Source: a virus
Lineage: Duplodnaviria; Caudoviricetes
Length of the DNA: 60,292 nt
Strand: one strand, 5' to 3'
Virus record (IMG/VR): IMGVR_UViG_3300010158_000004
Span: 1 to 60,292 of that record
The stretch's first letter is position 1; each line of letters starts with the position of its first letter. A program made the position numbers and the translations under genes. Below the pieces are notes generated by a model. That model was not told where the DNA came from. It worked only from the letters and a program-made list of their open reading frames with translations, and ran no database searches. This document shows positions 36,416 through 45,409 of this stretch, piece by piece.

Positions 36416-38943
36416 TCTTCATCCTGAGTTGGTTGCGCCTCTTGCTGATTAGCTTGCATTTGGCGTTCGCGCATTGCTGCGTCGCGTTTGTGTTTTGCAA
36501 TTTCCAAACCTGTACGCATTCCGGTTTGTTGTTCCGTAGATTGAATGTTGCGTTTGTGTTTTTGCACATCCACACCAACCTTCATACTTTCTAATTGCAG
36601 CGTTCCATCTACCTTTTCTTTCTCTAAGGCAAACTTCATTTCGTGGTTCTTTTGATTTAACTGCAGTTTCATTTGCTCAAGCTGCGCTTGGGCCTGAGCC
36701 TGCTGTTGTTTCAGTTGAACTTCTTGTTGTTTAATCTGCAGTTCCTGCTGTTTAATTTGCAGTTCCTGTTGTTGCATTTGAACCAATGGATCTTGGTTCG
36801 CCTGTTGGTTTTGTTGTTGTTGAGCTTGCTGCTGTTTCTGTTGCAAAACGCGCTGCGCAGCTTGCGCCATTAAAGAGGAAACGGCAACTTCAACCTGTGG
36901 TGGCATTTTTTCATTCTGCGCGGGCAATGCGGTACCCAGTTGTGCCTCTACTTGTTTGCGGTATGAGAATCCAACGTGCTCCGCAATATGAGCTTGCATT
37001 GCAGCCATAATCATTGGGGCCTTTGGGTTTTGCCCGACAAGCTGCATGATCTGTGGATCCTGCATTGCAGATGTGTGCACAGCAATGTGTGCATCATGGT
37101 CTTGGAAAGCAAAAGCTTTCAAAGGAGAACCCCTGAGCGCATTGACATTTTCTGAAACCGGGTCGGTCGGGAACTGATCGTCTGGCAGAGGAACCAACTT
37201 ATCTGCATGCTTAATACCAAGCACCTCAAGCATACGGCGATGCAGTTGAGGCAAGTCATAGATATCCGGAGCCATCTGCGCCATTTGGATAACGGCTTGG
37301 TACTGCACCACACGCTGGCTCATTGTGGCTGCGTTGGGGTCGCTGACGGGGATGATGTCTACGTGAGAGAAATCAGAATGCTTGGACTTGCGGCCACCCT
37401 TCTCTGGGTCAAAGTCGTATTCGCTTGGGCAGTCATCACGAATGATTGCTGCAAGCAATTGAAGTTCTTGTTTAAACGAGTAATGCACACGGGCCTGTAC
37501 GGCGGTCATTACTTTAAGCTGGCGCTCAAGCAGTGCTAACGTTGTACCCACGGGAGCTTGGCTGGACATGTCGCTAATCTGCATGTCTGCGGTAGCGGCA
37601 AAGCGTCGTCCCTCTTCAACAATGTTGTTGAGCAGGTTATAGAGAACTTGGCTTGGCTCTTTATATGGCAGCGGAAGAATGTTGTCCCGCAGAGCGCCCG
37701 AACCAATATCTACGTCTCTAAACTCTCCCGGCGCGATTGGCGTATCATCTCCCTTAATGCGCAATCCACGAGATTTAAGGCCTCCCGGTAGGTTTGAGAG
37801 CGTACCAGCATCGACAAGCTGCCGCATGATTGAGGTTGCTGATTTAGCAAATCCTCCAATGAGGTGGAACAAACCAAACCCGTAAGCCCCGAATCCGGGG
37901 ATATATTGGTAGTGGACAAAGTGTTGGAGCTTGAGCTTGAGTTTGTCATCTTCTTTCCAGTTGCGGCGAACAGATAGAACCTGATTGGTTCCTTTGATGA
38001 TAGTGACTACATAAGGCAGCGCAATGCCCGTCTCCTCGCCCTCATCATCCAAATCTTCAAATCCCTCAAGATCCAAGTCCACCATCATTTCATAAAGGGT
38101 GTAACGGTCATCGTTTAAATCACTAAAACCAGTCTCTTGGTCTTTGGCTTTTTGAATTTCATCCGACTGGCGCAAAGGTTCTGCAAGTTCAACATCTGCG
38201 TAAAAACCGCTTGCCTGCAGCTTCAAAATATCGTTTTTGTGCATACGCATAACATGCGTAACACGGGGAGATGTGCGGATTTCGGTGCAGCCATAAGGCA
38301 AAAGAACGTCTTCTGCGGGCACAAAAGCGGAAACTTGGCGTCCCAAATTGGAATCTTTGTACACCTTTTTGAATGAGGAACCTGCCGCAGGCAGACTCCA
38401 CAGCATTCGTTCCATTTCAGGGCGGAACTCAGGCATTTTTTCAATCAGCTCGTAGTTCATGTCCTCTTGGACATTGGCTGCGGCCTGTTTTTTTTCCGGA
38501 GTCTCTGCGCCCCAGATGGTTGTACGTACTGGGCCTGCTGCGGGGAACATTTCGGTGATGGTTTCGGACTGAAAACGCACCACCGCCTCGGTAATCATTG
38601 GGTGAAACACCCCGGAAGCACCGTTCCAAGGCTCTGTGCGCTCCTCATACTGCAGTCCAAGCAGCTTTAAACCCGTGATATAGGCTTTTTCCCAGTCTTT
38701 ACGGCTGTTTTTGTCATTGTCAGCCTCGCTTGCAAGCTCTGATGCCAAACTTTGGAGCATTGCATCATCTAAAACATCAACCAAGTTAGCAGAGAAGTCA
38801 TCCCCGCTATCCGGAACAATATCAATATCGGTGTTTCCTGCGTGGATGTGTAGTTCTTTTGGATCTACGACCTCAATTTGGATCTCTTCTGCCTCTGGGG
38901 CATCTCCGCGTCCGGGCATAACCTTATCAATGTTTGTAGCCAT
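36412..38943 (-). CDS. Portal protein (P22-like, Gln-rich C-terminal barrel)
   Basis: 843 aa after TerL; SR.DWE, HP...EA...FQ, FV.Y..IPG.G.YG.G; poly-Q coiled coil. Confidence 0.85.
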   Translation of the reverse strand: MATNIDKVMPGRGDAPEAEEIQIEVVDPKELHIHAGNTDIDIVPDSGDDFSANLVDVLDDAMLQSLASELASEADNDKNSRKDWEKAYITGLKLLGLQYEERTEPWNGASGVFHPMITEAVVRFQSETITEMFPAAGPVRTTIWGAETPEKKQAAANVQEDMNYELIEKMPEFRPEMERMLWSLPAAGSSFKKVYKDSNLGRQVSAFVPAEDVLLPYGCTEIRTSPRVTHVMRMHKNDILKLQASGFYADVELAEPLRQSDEIQKAKDQETGFSDLNDDRYTLYEMMVDLDLEGFEDLDDEGEETGIALPYVVTIIKGTNQVLSVRRNWKEDDKLKLKLQHFVHYQYIPGFGAYGFGLFHLIGGFAKSATSIMRQLVDAGTLSNLPGGLKSRGLRIKGDDTPIAPGEFRDVDIGSGALRDNILPLPYKEPSQVLYNLLNNIVEEGRRFAATADMQISDMSSQAPVGTTLALLERQLKVMTAVQARVHYSFKQELQLLAAIIRDDCPSEYDFDPEKGGRKSKHSDFSHVDIIPVSDPNAATMSQRVVQYQAVIQMAQMAPDIYDLPQLHRRMLEVLGIKHADKLVPLPDDQFPTDPVSENVNALRGSPLKAFAFQDHDAHIAVHTSAMQDPQIMQLVGQNPKAPMIMAAMQAHIAEHVGFSYRKQVEAQLGTALPAQNEKMPPQVEVAVSSLMAQAAQRVLQQKQQQAQQQQNQQANQDPLVQMQQQELQIKQQELQIKQQEVQLKQQQAQAQAQLEQMKLQLNQKNHEMKFALEKEKVDGTLQLESMKVGVDVQKHKRNIQSTEQQTGMRTGLEIAKHKRDAAMRERQMQANQQEAQPTQDEE

Positions 38944-38951
38944 AGCAATCC

Positions 38952-40454
38952 TTAGTAATAGGCGGCTGATCTGCGCCTGAAAATAATTGGTTCATCTTCT
39001 TCATCGGATGCAATTTGAATAAATCCGCCTTGGCGGAACTTCATCAGGGCTTGGCTGCTTGAGTCAACCAAGTCATCGTGGTCTCCATTTGGAAATGAAG
39101 CCAACTCATCCATAACTTCTTCTGCCCACCTTGTTTCAGGGCACCAAACAACCCCGGAAGCAAATAAATCCGCTATAGAGTTTACACGGCTAATTTTGTC
39201 ATTGCCTTTGCTTGGTGTAAACCCTTGCAGAGGTATCCCCATTTTGCGTAACTCATAGATAAGCGGAGCACCAGCGGCGCGTTGCTCAATAATCAAGGAG
39301 TCAGGCTGGAACTCTTGATAAAGCTCATAAGCCTTAGCTTTTAGTTCTGGAAACTCCATACGCTGTTTAAATGCATCAAGGAGAATGATGTTTGTCTTCA
39401 TGTCTCCATGCTGATTGGGATGGTCAAAAACACCCCAAGTTGTACAGGCGGAGTAGTCTGCGCGGTTGTTCTTTTCAAAGGCGGTGTCCCATGACTGAAT
39501 GATGTAGTCACACTGCGGTGGATGACGGTCTTCCCACATTCTCCAGTCGCTGCGTTTGATAATTGCGCCTTCATTACCCGTAGGGTTCTGCTGGTATTGA
39601 GCTTCCCATTTGGCTACGGGGATTTCAGCCTTGATGGCTTCAAGCTCTTCCTTCTTCCAAAAGGCAGGCCACAGCGGGGTTCCAGATGGAAGCAATGCGG
39701 GGAACTCAATTACTTCCCATTCATCTACCCCATCCCCCGCAGACTTTTTCATTATCTGCCCGGTCAAGTCGCGCTTGGCCCAGCGGGTCATCACAATAAT
39801 AATGGCACCACCCGGCTGTAAACGCTGACGCGGGCCAGATGTGTACCACTCATACACATTATCAAAGACCGCCGGATTGTTCTGTTTTGCTTCCTGCTCG
39901 GAGTGAGGATCGTCAATGATCAATAGATCAGCGCCCTTGCCAGTAACAGCACCACCAACACCAATAGCAAAGTAGTCACCGCCCTTATCCGTGTTCCATC
40001 GTCCTGCAGCCTTGCTGTCGGTAGACAGCTTGGTATCAAACACCTTTGTGTAGGCTTCAGAAGAAACAAGGTTCCTAACTTTCCGGCCAAAGCCGGTTGC
40101 AAGTTCTGCGGTGTGGGCAGTCTGGATGATCTTTTTCTCAGGGAACTTACCCAAGAACCAACTTGGCAAGAGGTAAGAGGCAAACTCAGATTTGGTATGC
40201 CGTGGAGGCATGTTGATGATCAATCTCTTTAGCGATCCATTGGCAACACGCTCAAAGGCATCAGCCATGATTGCGTGGTGTCTGCCCGAAATAAATACGG
40301 GCCACATCTGTTTGGCAAAGAACAGGAACGACTCTTTGCATCGTTCAACCCGATCCATCTCCAGCAAAGCGGTAATCTTTGCTCTTTCTGTTTCCGGCAC
40401 TTTGTCCACAATTTGCAAAAAGCTGGAAACTTCTGTCTGCGTGAGGAGACTCAT
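38952..40454 (-). CDS. terL: Terminase large subunit
   Basis: INMPPRHTKS (Walker A), LLIIDDPH (Walker B), MTRW, SWDTA and HDDLVDS RNase H motifs. Confidence 0.95.
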   Translation of the reverse strand: MSLLTQTEVSSFLQIVDKVPETERAKITALLEMDRVERCKESFLFFAKQMWPVFISGRHHAIMADAFERVANGSLKRLIINMPPRHTKSEFASYLLPSWFLGKFPEKKIIQTAHTAELATGFGRKVRNLVSSEAYTKVFDTKLSTDSKAAGRWNTDKGGDYFAIGVGGAVTGKGADLLIIDDPHSEQEAKQNNPAVFDNVYEWYTSGPRQRLQPGGAIIIVMTRWAKRDLTGQIMKKSAGDGVDEWEVIEFPALLPSGTPLWPAFWKKEELEAIKAEIPVAKWEAQYQQNPTGNEGAIIKRSDWRMWEDRHPPQCDYIIQSWDTAFEKNNRADYSACTTWGVFDHPNQHGDMKTNIILLDAFKQRMEFPELKAKAYELYQEFQPDSLIIEQRAAGAPLIYELRKMGIPLQGFTPSKGNDKISRVNSIADLFASGVVWCPETRWAEEVMDELASFPNGDHDDLVDSSSQALMKFRQGGFIQIASDEEDEPIIFRRRSAAYY

Positions 40455-40681
40455 AGCTTTCCAATCTCCTTTACGGAGCGGTCTTTAAGAACCACAGAAC
40501 GAAACTTGTACGGGCGGTTCTCAAGGTGTCCTTGTTCTTTTAGTTTATGGATGATCCTGTGGATGTTTGACTTTGAGCTCAGGCCTATGCCTTTAGCAAT
40601 AACGTCATAGCTAGGCGACACACCGTGTAAACGGGTGTACACCTTTATGAAGTCATAGACAAGCTTTCCTTTTTCAGTCAT
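40451..40681 (-). CDS. LexA N-terminal-like winged-helix DNA-binding protein (76 aa, no peptidase domain)
   Basis: MT.K...VYDFI......HG.SPSY..IA.G.GL.SKS.IHR.I..L...G.L. Confidence 0.8.
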   Translation of the reverse strand: MTEKGKLVYDFIKVYTRLHGVSPSYDVIAKGIGLSSKSNIHRIIHKLKEQGHLENRPYKFRSVVLKDRSVKEIGKL

Positions 40682-41031
40682 ACCACTAGTGTAAACGCAA
40701 ATACGAACGTTCGCATTAGTTTTTAAAAATTTTATATAGGGGTGGGGGGTGTTGTAAGAAAACAACAGGGGGTGGGTGGCTAGGATTTGAATGAGTGGAA
40801 TAGAGCGTAACGTCCGAGCATGCGACACGGCCAAAAGAGGGGGGTGGGGGCACGGTGGGGTCAGCCATACTCGGTATCCGCGCACCGCGAAACCCAGCAA
40901 AATAGTATCGAGATAATACTTAATACCCTCCGACATACTCAGCGTTTAAACATACTCTGATGCGTTTAAACATACTGCTGCAAAGCAGGGATCACATACC
41001 GCCAAAGTATCTGCAGAGTATCTGCGGAGTA

Positions 41032-41628
41032 TCAGGTAATACCCTTTGAGTTGATTAACTGGAGGTGACCGGACAATTCTTTTTTGAGTTGTGCGGCAGA
41101 GGGAGCGGCTTTTGTAGTGTCTTCCTCCTTCACCGTGAACAGTCCCGATGCCTTCCCCATCAACTCCAAGGCCTTCAGCCTTGAGCTTTCTTGCTTTGCA
41201 CCTTGTGCCATAGCCAAGAGGCTTTTGAGTACGTACCGCTTTGTGGCAACCACATCATCAGAGAGGTGCTCGATGGTCTCGCCCCACGCCTCCTCTAGCA
41301 TCTTGCTTATGACTGGGTGCTTTGTCAGCCTATACGCTGAGGCGCTGAGCGCCCTGTCATTTGAGGTGTCGTTTGGGTATGCCTCTCTGTAGGCTTCGAT
41401 GTTGGTCTTCCCTGCGGTCTTCGCCGCTACAAAGGCTAGTTGGTTGGTGGTGAGCTTCCTCATAGGTGTTACTGCCCCTACGGGTTTTCCGTCACTGCGT
41501 AATGGTGGTGCAGGGGAGTCAAGGGCAGCCTGTTCCGCTTCGCTCAGGGGTTCGGCGGGGTTTTCATCTGAAGGCGCGCTGATGGCGTTCAGCATCTTGA
41601 GGTAGTCACTGTCGGTCTTCATGGTCAT
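41032..41628 (-). CDS. terS: Terminase small subunit
   Basis: LT.NQ..F.....G....EAYR.AY...SA.RL...P.I HTH and RLKALELMGK..GLF; upstream of TerL. Confidence 0.75.
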   Translation of the reverse strand: MTMKTDSDYLKMLNAISAPSDENPAEPLSEAEQAALDSPAPPLRSDGKPVGAVTPMRKLTTNQLAFVAAKTAGKTNIEAYREAYPNDTSNDRALSASAYRLTKHPVISKMLEEAWGETIEHLSDDVVATKRYVLKSLLAMAQGAKQESSRLKALELMGKASGLFTVKEEDTTKAAPSAAQLKKELSGHLQLINSKGIT

Positions 41629-41706
41629 GTGCCTTTGCTGTCGGGCTGTCGCCCTGCTGACGTTGCCCTGCCCAAGCGGGGCAAGACTGTTCGCACCCAT
41701 TGTAAG

Positions 41707-41755
41707 TTATCCACAGGCTGTGGACAAGTCAAAAGTTATCCACAGCTTATACCCA
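41707..41755. promoter_or_regulatory. DnaA-box cluster
   Basis: TTATCCACA at 41707 and 41736, inverted TGTGGACAA at 41719, degenerate TTATACCCA at 41747. Confidence 0.7.
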
Positions 41756-41761
41756 AATGCT

Positions 41762-41810
41762 GTAAGTTCCACGTAAGTTTCACGTAAGTTCCACGTCAGT
41801 TTCACGTAAG
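41762..41810. repeat. 11-bp tandem repeat GTMAGTTYCAC x4.5 (parS half-site-like / iteron-like)
   Basis: Read directly from the sequence. Confidence 0.85.
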
Positions 41811-41932
41811 AAAGGCGATAGAGCCACGATCTCGAGGCAGGTAAGGGGGTAGGTGCATGAACCCCTTAAAGTCGCTCAGATCCGTTCAAAATCTGACAAG
41901 TGCCACTTTTTTAAGCACATTTTGAGCGTAGT

Positions 41933-41948
41933 TGGCACGGCTTGTGCT
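41933..41948 (+). promoter_or_regulatory. Sigma54 -24/-12-like site
   Basis: TGGCACGGCTTGTGCT, GG-N10-GC. Confidence 0.45.
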
Positions 41949-42055
41949 ACGCGCGTATCGCGCGATCTTATGGTTGCCTCATTGCCCTGATGAGTGCCTT
42001 TGGCACGGGTCAAATGAATAACCCTACGGTTTAGTCAACCAAATACAGATAGTTG

Positions 42056-42083
42056 TTGACAGGCTATATCGTTCAGGCAGAAT
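42056..42083 (+). promoter_or_regulatory. Early sigma70 promoter
   Basis: TTGACA-N16-CAGAAT at the start of the plus-strand region. Confidence 0.5.
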
Positions 42084-42480
42084 TCATTCCGTGGTCAGGA
42101 AACGGGGTTGATGAGATTGCTCTCCCCCAGCCAACGAGCTTCCCACCACTAGCTGCTCAGGGCGACACACTGAGACAGCCGCGCAGGGCTCCAAGTACTA
42201 CGCAAATGCGCTTTGATCCGCTCTGTCCAGCGAGCGGGGAGTTATATGGAATGAATGGGAGGGCTCGCAACGCCCCTTAGCCGTCTAAATGACCGCACCT
42301 GAGGTGATCTGATGCACCAAGAAAAGAAAACAGCATCAGCCCTGTAATGGGCTTTCCAAAGAGAGTCCATCACAGGGTGCTATTACCCTGCTACCGAAAG
42401 GCAAACCATGTTCCATATCCCTGCTCATCTCAATACCCAAAACCCTCCCGCTCAATTCACCCCCTCGAAAGGCTAAGACC

Positions 42481-42669
42481 ATGAACAGCCTCAACATCAG
42501 CCCCAAGGCGTGGCTACTGCTACGCAGTATCGGTGCGATCCAGCCTGACGGCTCTGTGCGCGTCCCTGATGGGATGTCAGACCTGTTTGAGTACCGATGG
42601 GGAGACGGTTTGGTCACCACACCCAAGGGTCAGTCCACACTGGATAGGCTCAGGGGATGGGTCGCCTGA
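42481..42669 (+). CDS. Early hypothetical protein
   Basis: 62 aa, AAGG RBS. Confidence 0.45.
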   Translation: MNSLNISPKAWLLLRSIGAIQPDGSVRVPDGMSDLFEYRWGDGLVTTPKGQSTLDRLRGWVA

Positions 42670-42736
42670 CATTTCAGCCACTTGCCCCGCTGGTCGGGGC
42701 TTGTGAGTGCAATGTCGCACTATCACTGGAGAGACC

Positions 42737-42868
42737 ATGAAAATCCGCTACGTATGGCAAGCCCACGGCATGACCTTCAAGACCCTCAAAGCCGCCCGCG
42801 CTTGGTGTGCCCTCAACCGTGATGGCATGAGCATCATTGCCCGTGTCAAGGTGGGAGCACCAGCATGA
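42737..42868 (+). CDS. Early small protein (43 aa, MKIRYVWQAHGMTFKTLKAARAWC; not in track)
   Basis: GGAG RBS; F.TLKAA..W pattern; overlapping ATGA coupling to the next ORF. Confidence 0.55.
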   Translation: MKIRYVWQAHGMTFKTLKAARAWCALNRDGMSIIARVKVGAPA

Positions 42869-42962
42869 TCAACGCCATTGCTGAATACTTTGACTCCCTC
42901 ACTGACGCCGAGGCTCTCGCTGAGGCTCAAGCCCTGATTGACCAACTCACTGGAGAATGACC

Positions 42963-43097
42963 ATGTATACCGCTCAAGTAAATGCCTTTGGCAACGTGAT
43001 TGTCTGCAAGGGTGATACCGTTCGCAATTCCTACCGCATCGTTTACACGGGTTCTTATGCGGAGTGCCTCGACATCAAGGCGAGGGGATGGAAATGA
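42963..43097 (+). CDS. Early small protein (44 aa, MYTAQVNAFGNVIVCKG; not in track)
   Basis: GGAG RBS; host-like codon bias. Confidence 0.55.
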   Translation: MYTAQVNAFGNVIVCKGDTVRNSYRIVYTGSYAECLDIKARGWK

Positions 43098-43266
43098 AGC
43101 CAGTAGCCCTTTTTTTGCGTGACTTGCTGGGCGCGGTTTTCATTGCCGCGCTTATCGGTTGGCCTTTTTTGGTGTGGCTTTGGAGGCAATAAAGTACAGC
43201 CCCGCCGTGCGGGGTTGTGCTGTGGTGCCTTACCACGTTGGCGCTTTTGCCATATTTTTGGAGATG

Positions 43267-43872
43267 ATGATGGACGATGTTCAATTTGCCACCCGCGAGG
43301 AGTGGTTGTGTGCGGCGGTCGAAGAGTTTCGCGCCGTGTTTGAGGCTGAGGGTTTCCCCATTGCACAGCGCATTCGCGTGTCGTGCGGGTTCCCTTCCAA
43401 TGCCCGCCGTTCGGGCGCAATCGGTGAGTGCTGGGCTGACACCGCCTCCGCCGATAAGACGATGGAGATCCTGATATCCCCCGCCATTGCGGACACCCAC
43501 AAGGTGGTCGAGACGCTGGTGCATGAGTTGTGCCACACCACCGCTGGCGCGATGAACCACGGGGTGACCTTCAAACGGGTTGCCGATGCCTTGGGGCTGT
43601 TGCCCTCTGCGACCAAGGGTTACAAGGCCACCTACGGTGGTGACACGTTTAAACAACGATTCACCCCGATGATTGCAAGCTTGGGCGCTTACCCTCACGC
43701 CGAGTTGTCCCTGACAACCCGCAAGACTCAGGCTACCCGAATGCTCAAGGCTATCTGCCCCGCCTGTGGATACACCGTGCGCCTCACTGCTAAGTGGGCA
43801 TACAAGGCTAACGGATCGACACCGAACCTGCCCTACTGCCCCAACGATCAAGTCACCCTCACCCTCGCATAA
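43267..43872 (+). CDS. SprT-like zinc metalloprotease
   Basis: TLVHELCH, HG..FK..A..LGL, C-terminal CPACGY. Confidence 0.8.
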   Translation: MMDDVQFATREEWLCAAVEEFRAVFEAEGFPIAQRIRVSCGFPSNARRSGAIGECWADTASADKTMEILISPAIADTHKVVETLVHELCHTTAGAMNHGVTFKRVADALGLLPSATKGYKATYGGDTFKQRFTPMIASLGAYPHAELSLTTRKTQATRMLKAICPACGYTVRLTAKWAYKANGSTPNLPYCPNDQVTLTLA

Positions 43873-43881
43873 GGACTCACC

Positions 43882-45402
43882 ATGAACAAGCAAGAACTTT
43901 TCTCCCACATTGCCGCTCTCCCCATGTCTGCCGTCAAGGCCGCATACGCCGACTTGATCGGTGGCTTCTTCAACGGCAAGACCGCCGCCGCTGGTGAGTT
44001 GGCTGGGCTCATTGCCCGTGGCGACATCACACTGGATGCGGTGATGGCTCACGCACCGCAGACCTCTGCCCCAGCACCTGCCAAGGGTGCACCGGAGGTT
44101 GCCGCAATGCAAAACCAACTGCTCCAGCACGGCTCCGCCCTGTCCAACATCAGCACAGGAATGGATGATTTACGGGTGTATCACAAGCGTTTGGAAAGCA
44201 CTGTCGCTAGTCAAATGAACCAGCTTGGCAATGACCAGCAACTGCTCAAGGGCTACATCGACAAGCTGGACACGTTCGCTGGTCAGGCTATCACCGAGAT
44301 GACCAAGCGCACCGACCTGCTCAAGGATATGGTCGATGACCTGTCCAAGACCCAGCGTGTGACTGATCCCGCCGAGGTTGCCTCCGAGGTTCGCGCCGCT
44401 GTCGCGCAAGCGTTTAAACCTTTTGCATTGCAGGTGGCTCTCGCTGGTGCCGAGTCTGTGGTTGGCGAGATGGTTGCGGTCTCCCGTGTGGATCGCAAAC
44501 CTGCGGTCGAGGTGTTCGGTGTCGAGGTCAAGGACGCCAAGGGCAATGACCTGATGGTTGATATCTACGATGATGTCAACGCACCTGCGGTCGATCCCAA
44601 CTTTGTGTGGTCTGAGTCGATCCTCAAACACCTGCTGCTGTCGCAGACTACGGGAGAGAACCTGTGGTTCGGTGGCGAGAAGGGCACGGGCAAGAGCGAG
44701 ACCGTGCGACAGTTTGCGGCCAAGACTGGGCGCGGCTACTGCCGCATCAACTTCCACAAGTACACCACGTCCGAGGACTACATCGGTTCGGTGGGCTTGG
44801 AGAACGGTCAGACCGTGTTCAAGGAAGGCGACTTCCTGCGGGCGTTCACTCACCCTGCCACGCTGATCCTGCTGGATGAGATCACCAACGCAGACCCTGC
44901 CGCTCTCGCTACGCTCAACGGTTTCTTGGAGCCCAACAGCGCGGTGTCGTTCGGTGGTGCTGTTCGCCGCCGTGCCTCGGATGTGCTGGTGTTCGCCGCT
45001 GACAACACGTTGACCAACGGTGATGAGACCGGACGGTACTCGGGTACCCGCTCCATGAACAGCGCGTTGGCTGACCGCTTCTCGCGTGTGATTGCGTTTA
45101 AACACATGACCCTCGACAAAGAGGTTGAGGCTGTCATGCGTCACACGGGTTGCAAGGATGGCTTGGCTCGACTGGTGCTCAAGGCGGTTCACGCCTGCCG
45201 CGCCAAGGTCGAGACGGGCGACATCATTGACGCACCATCTATTCGCAGTGTGCTGGCATTTATCCGGTCTGTAGGTGTGCTGGGTGTGGATGAGGCGTGG
45301 GCAACGTCCATTGGCAACCGTCAACCCTCCGAGTCGGCAACGGCAATCGAGGGCATCAAGGCCGCATACATCAGTGCGGAAAAGATCAATCAATACCTGT
45401 GA
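43882..45402 (+). CDS. MoxR/CobS-like AAA+ ATPase
   Basis: GEKGTGKS, ILLDEI, FAADNT..NGD..G.Y.G...MN.ALADRF. Confidence 0.9.
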   Translation: MNKQELFSHIAALPMSAVKAAYADLIGGFFNGKTAAAGELAGLIARGDITLDAVMAHAPQTSAPAPAKGAPEVAAMQNQLLQHGSALSNISTGMDDLRVYHKRLESTVASQMNQLGNDQQLLKGYIDKLDTFAGQAITEMTKRTDLLKDMVDDLSKTQRVTDPAEVASEVRAAVAQAFKPFALQVALAGAESVVGEMVAVSRVDRKPAVEVFGVEVKDAKGNDLMVDIYDDVNAPAVDPNFVWSESILKHLLLSQTTGENLWFGGEKGTGKSETVRQFAAKTGRGYCRINFHKYTTSEDYIGSVGLENGQTVFKEGDFLRAFTHPATLILLDEITNADPAALATLNGFLEPNSAVSFGGAVRRRASDVLVFAADNTLTNGDETGRYSGTRSMNSALADRFSRVIAFKHMTLDKEVEAVMRHTGCKDGLARLVLKAVHACRAKVETGDIIDAPSIRSVLAFIRSVGVLGVDEAWATSIGNRQPSESATAIEGIKAAYISAEKINQYL

Positions 45403-45409
45403 GGTTTAT

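Noticed and set aside
40682-40936. N-terminal extension of the LexA-like ORF
   Set aside because: Translates the C/G-tract non-coding region; the domain begins at the Met at 40681
41987-42010. Hammerhead-like CTGATGA-GTGCC-TTT-GGCAC
   Set aside because: The required GAAA after stem II is GGGT, so the catalytic core is incomplete; at most a decayed copy or a bulged hairpin
43075-45393. Long antisense ORFs (351 aa and 407 aa), also 32573-33460 and 33522-34355
   Set aside because: Shadows of strongly codon-biased genes on the opposite strand; no RBS or motifs
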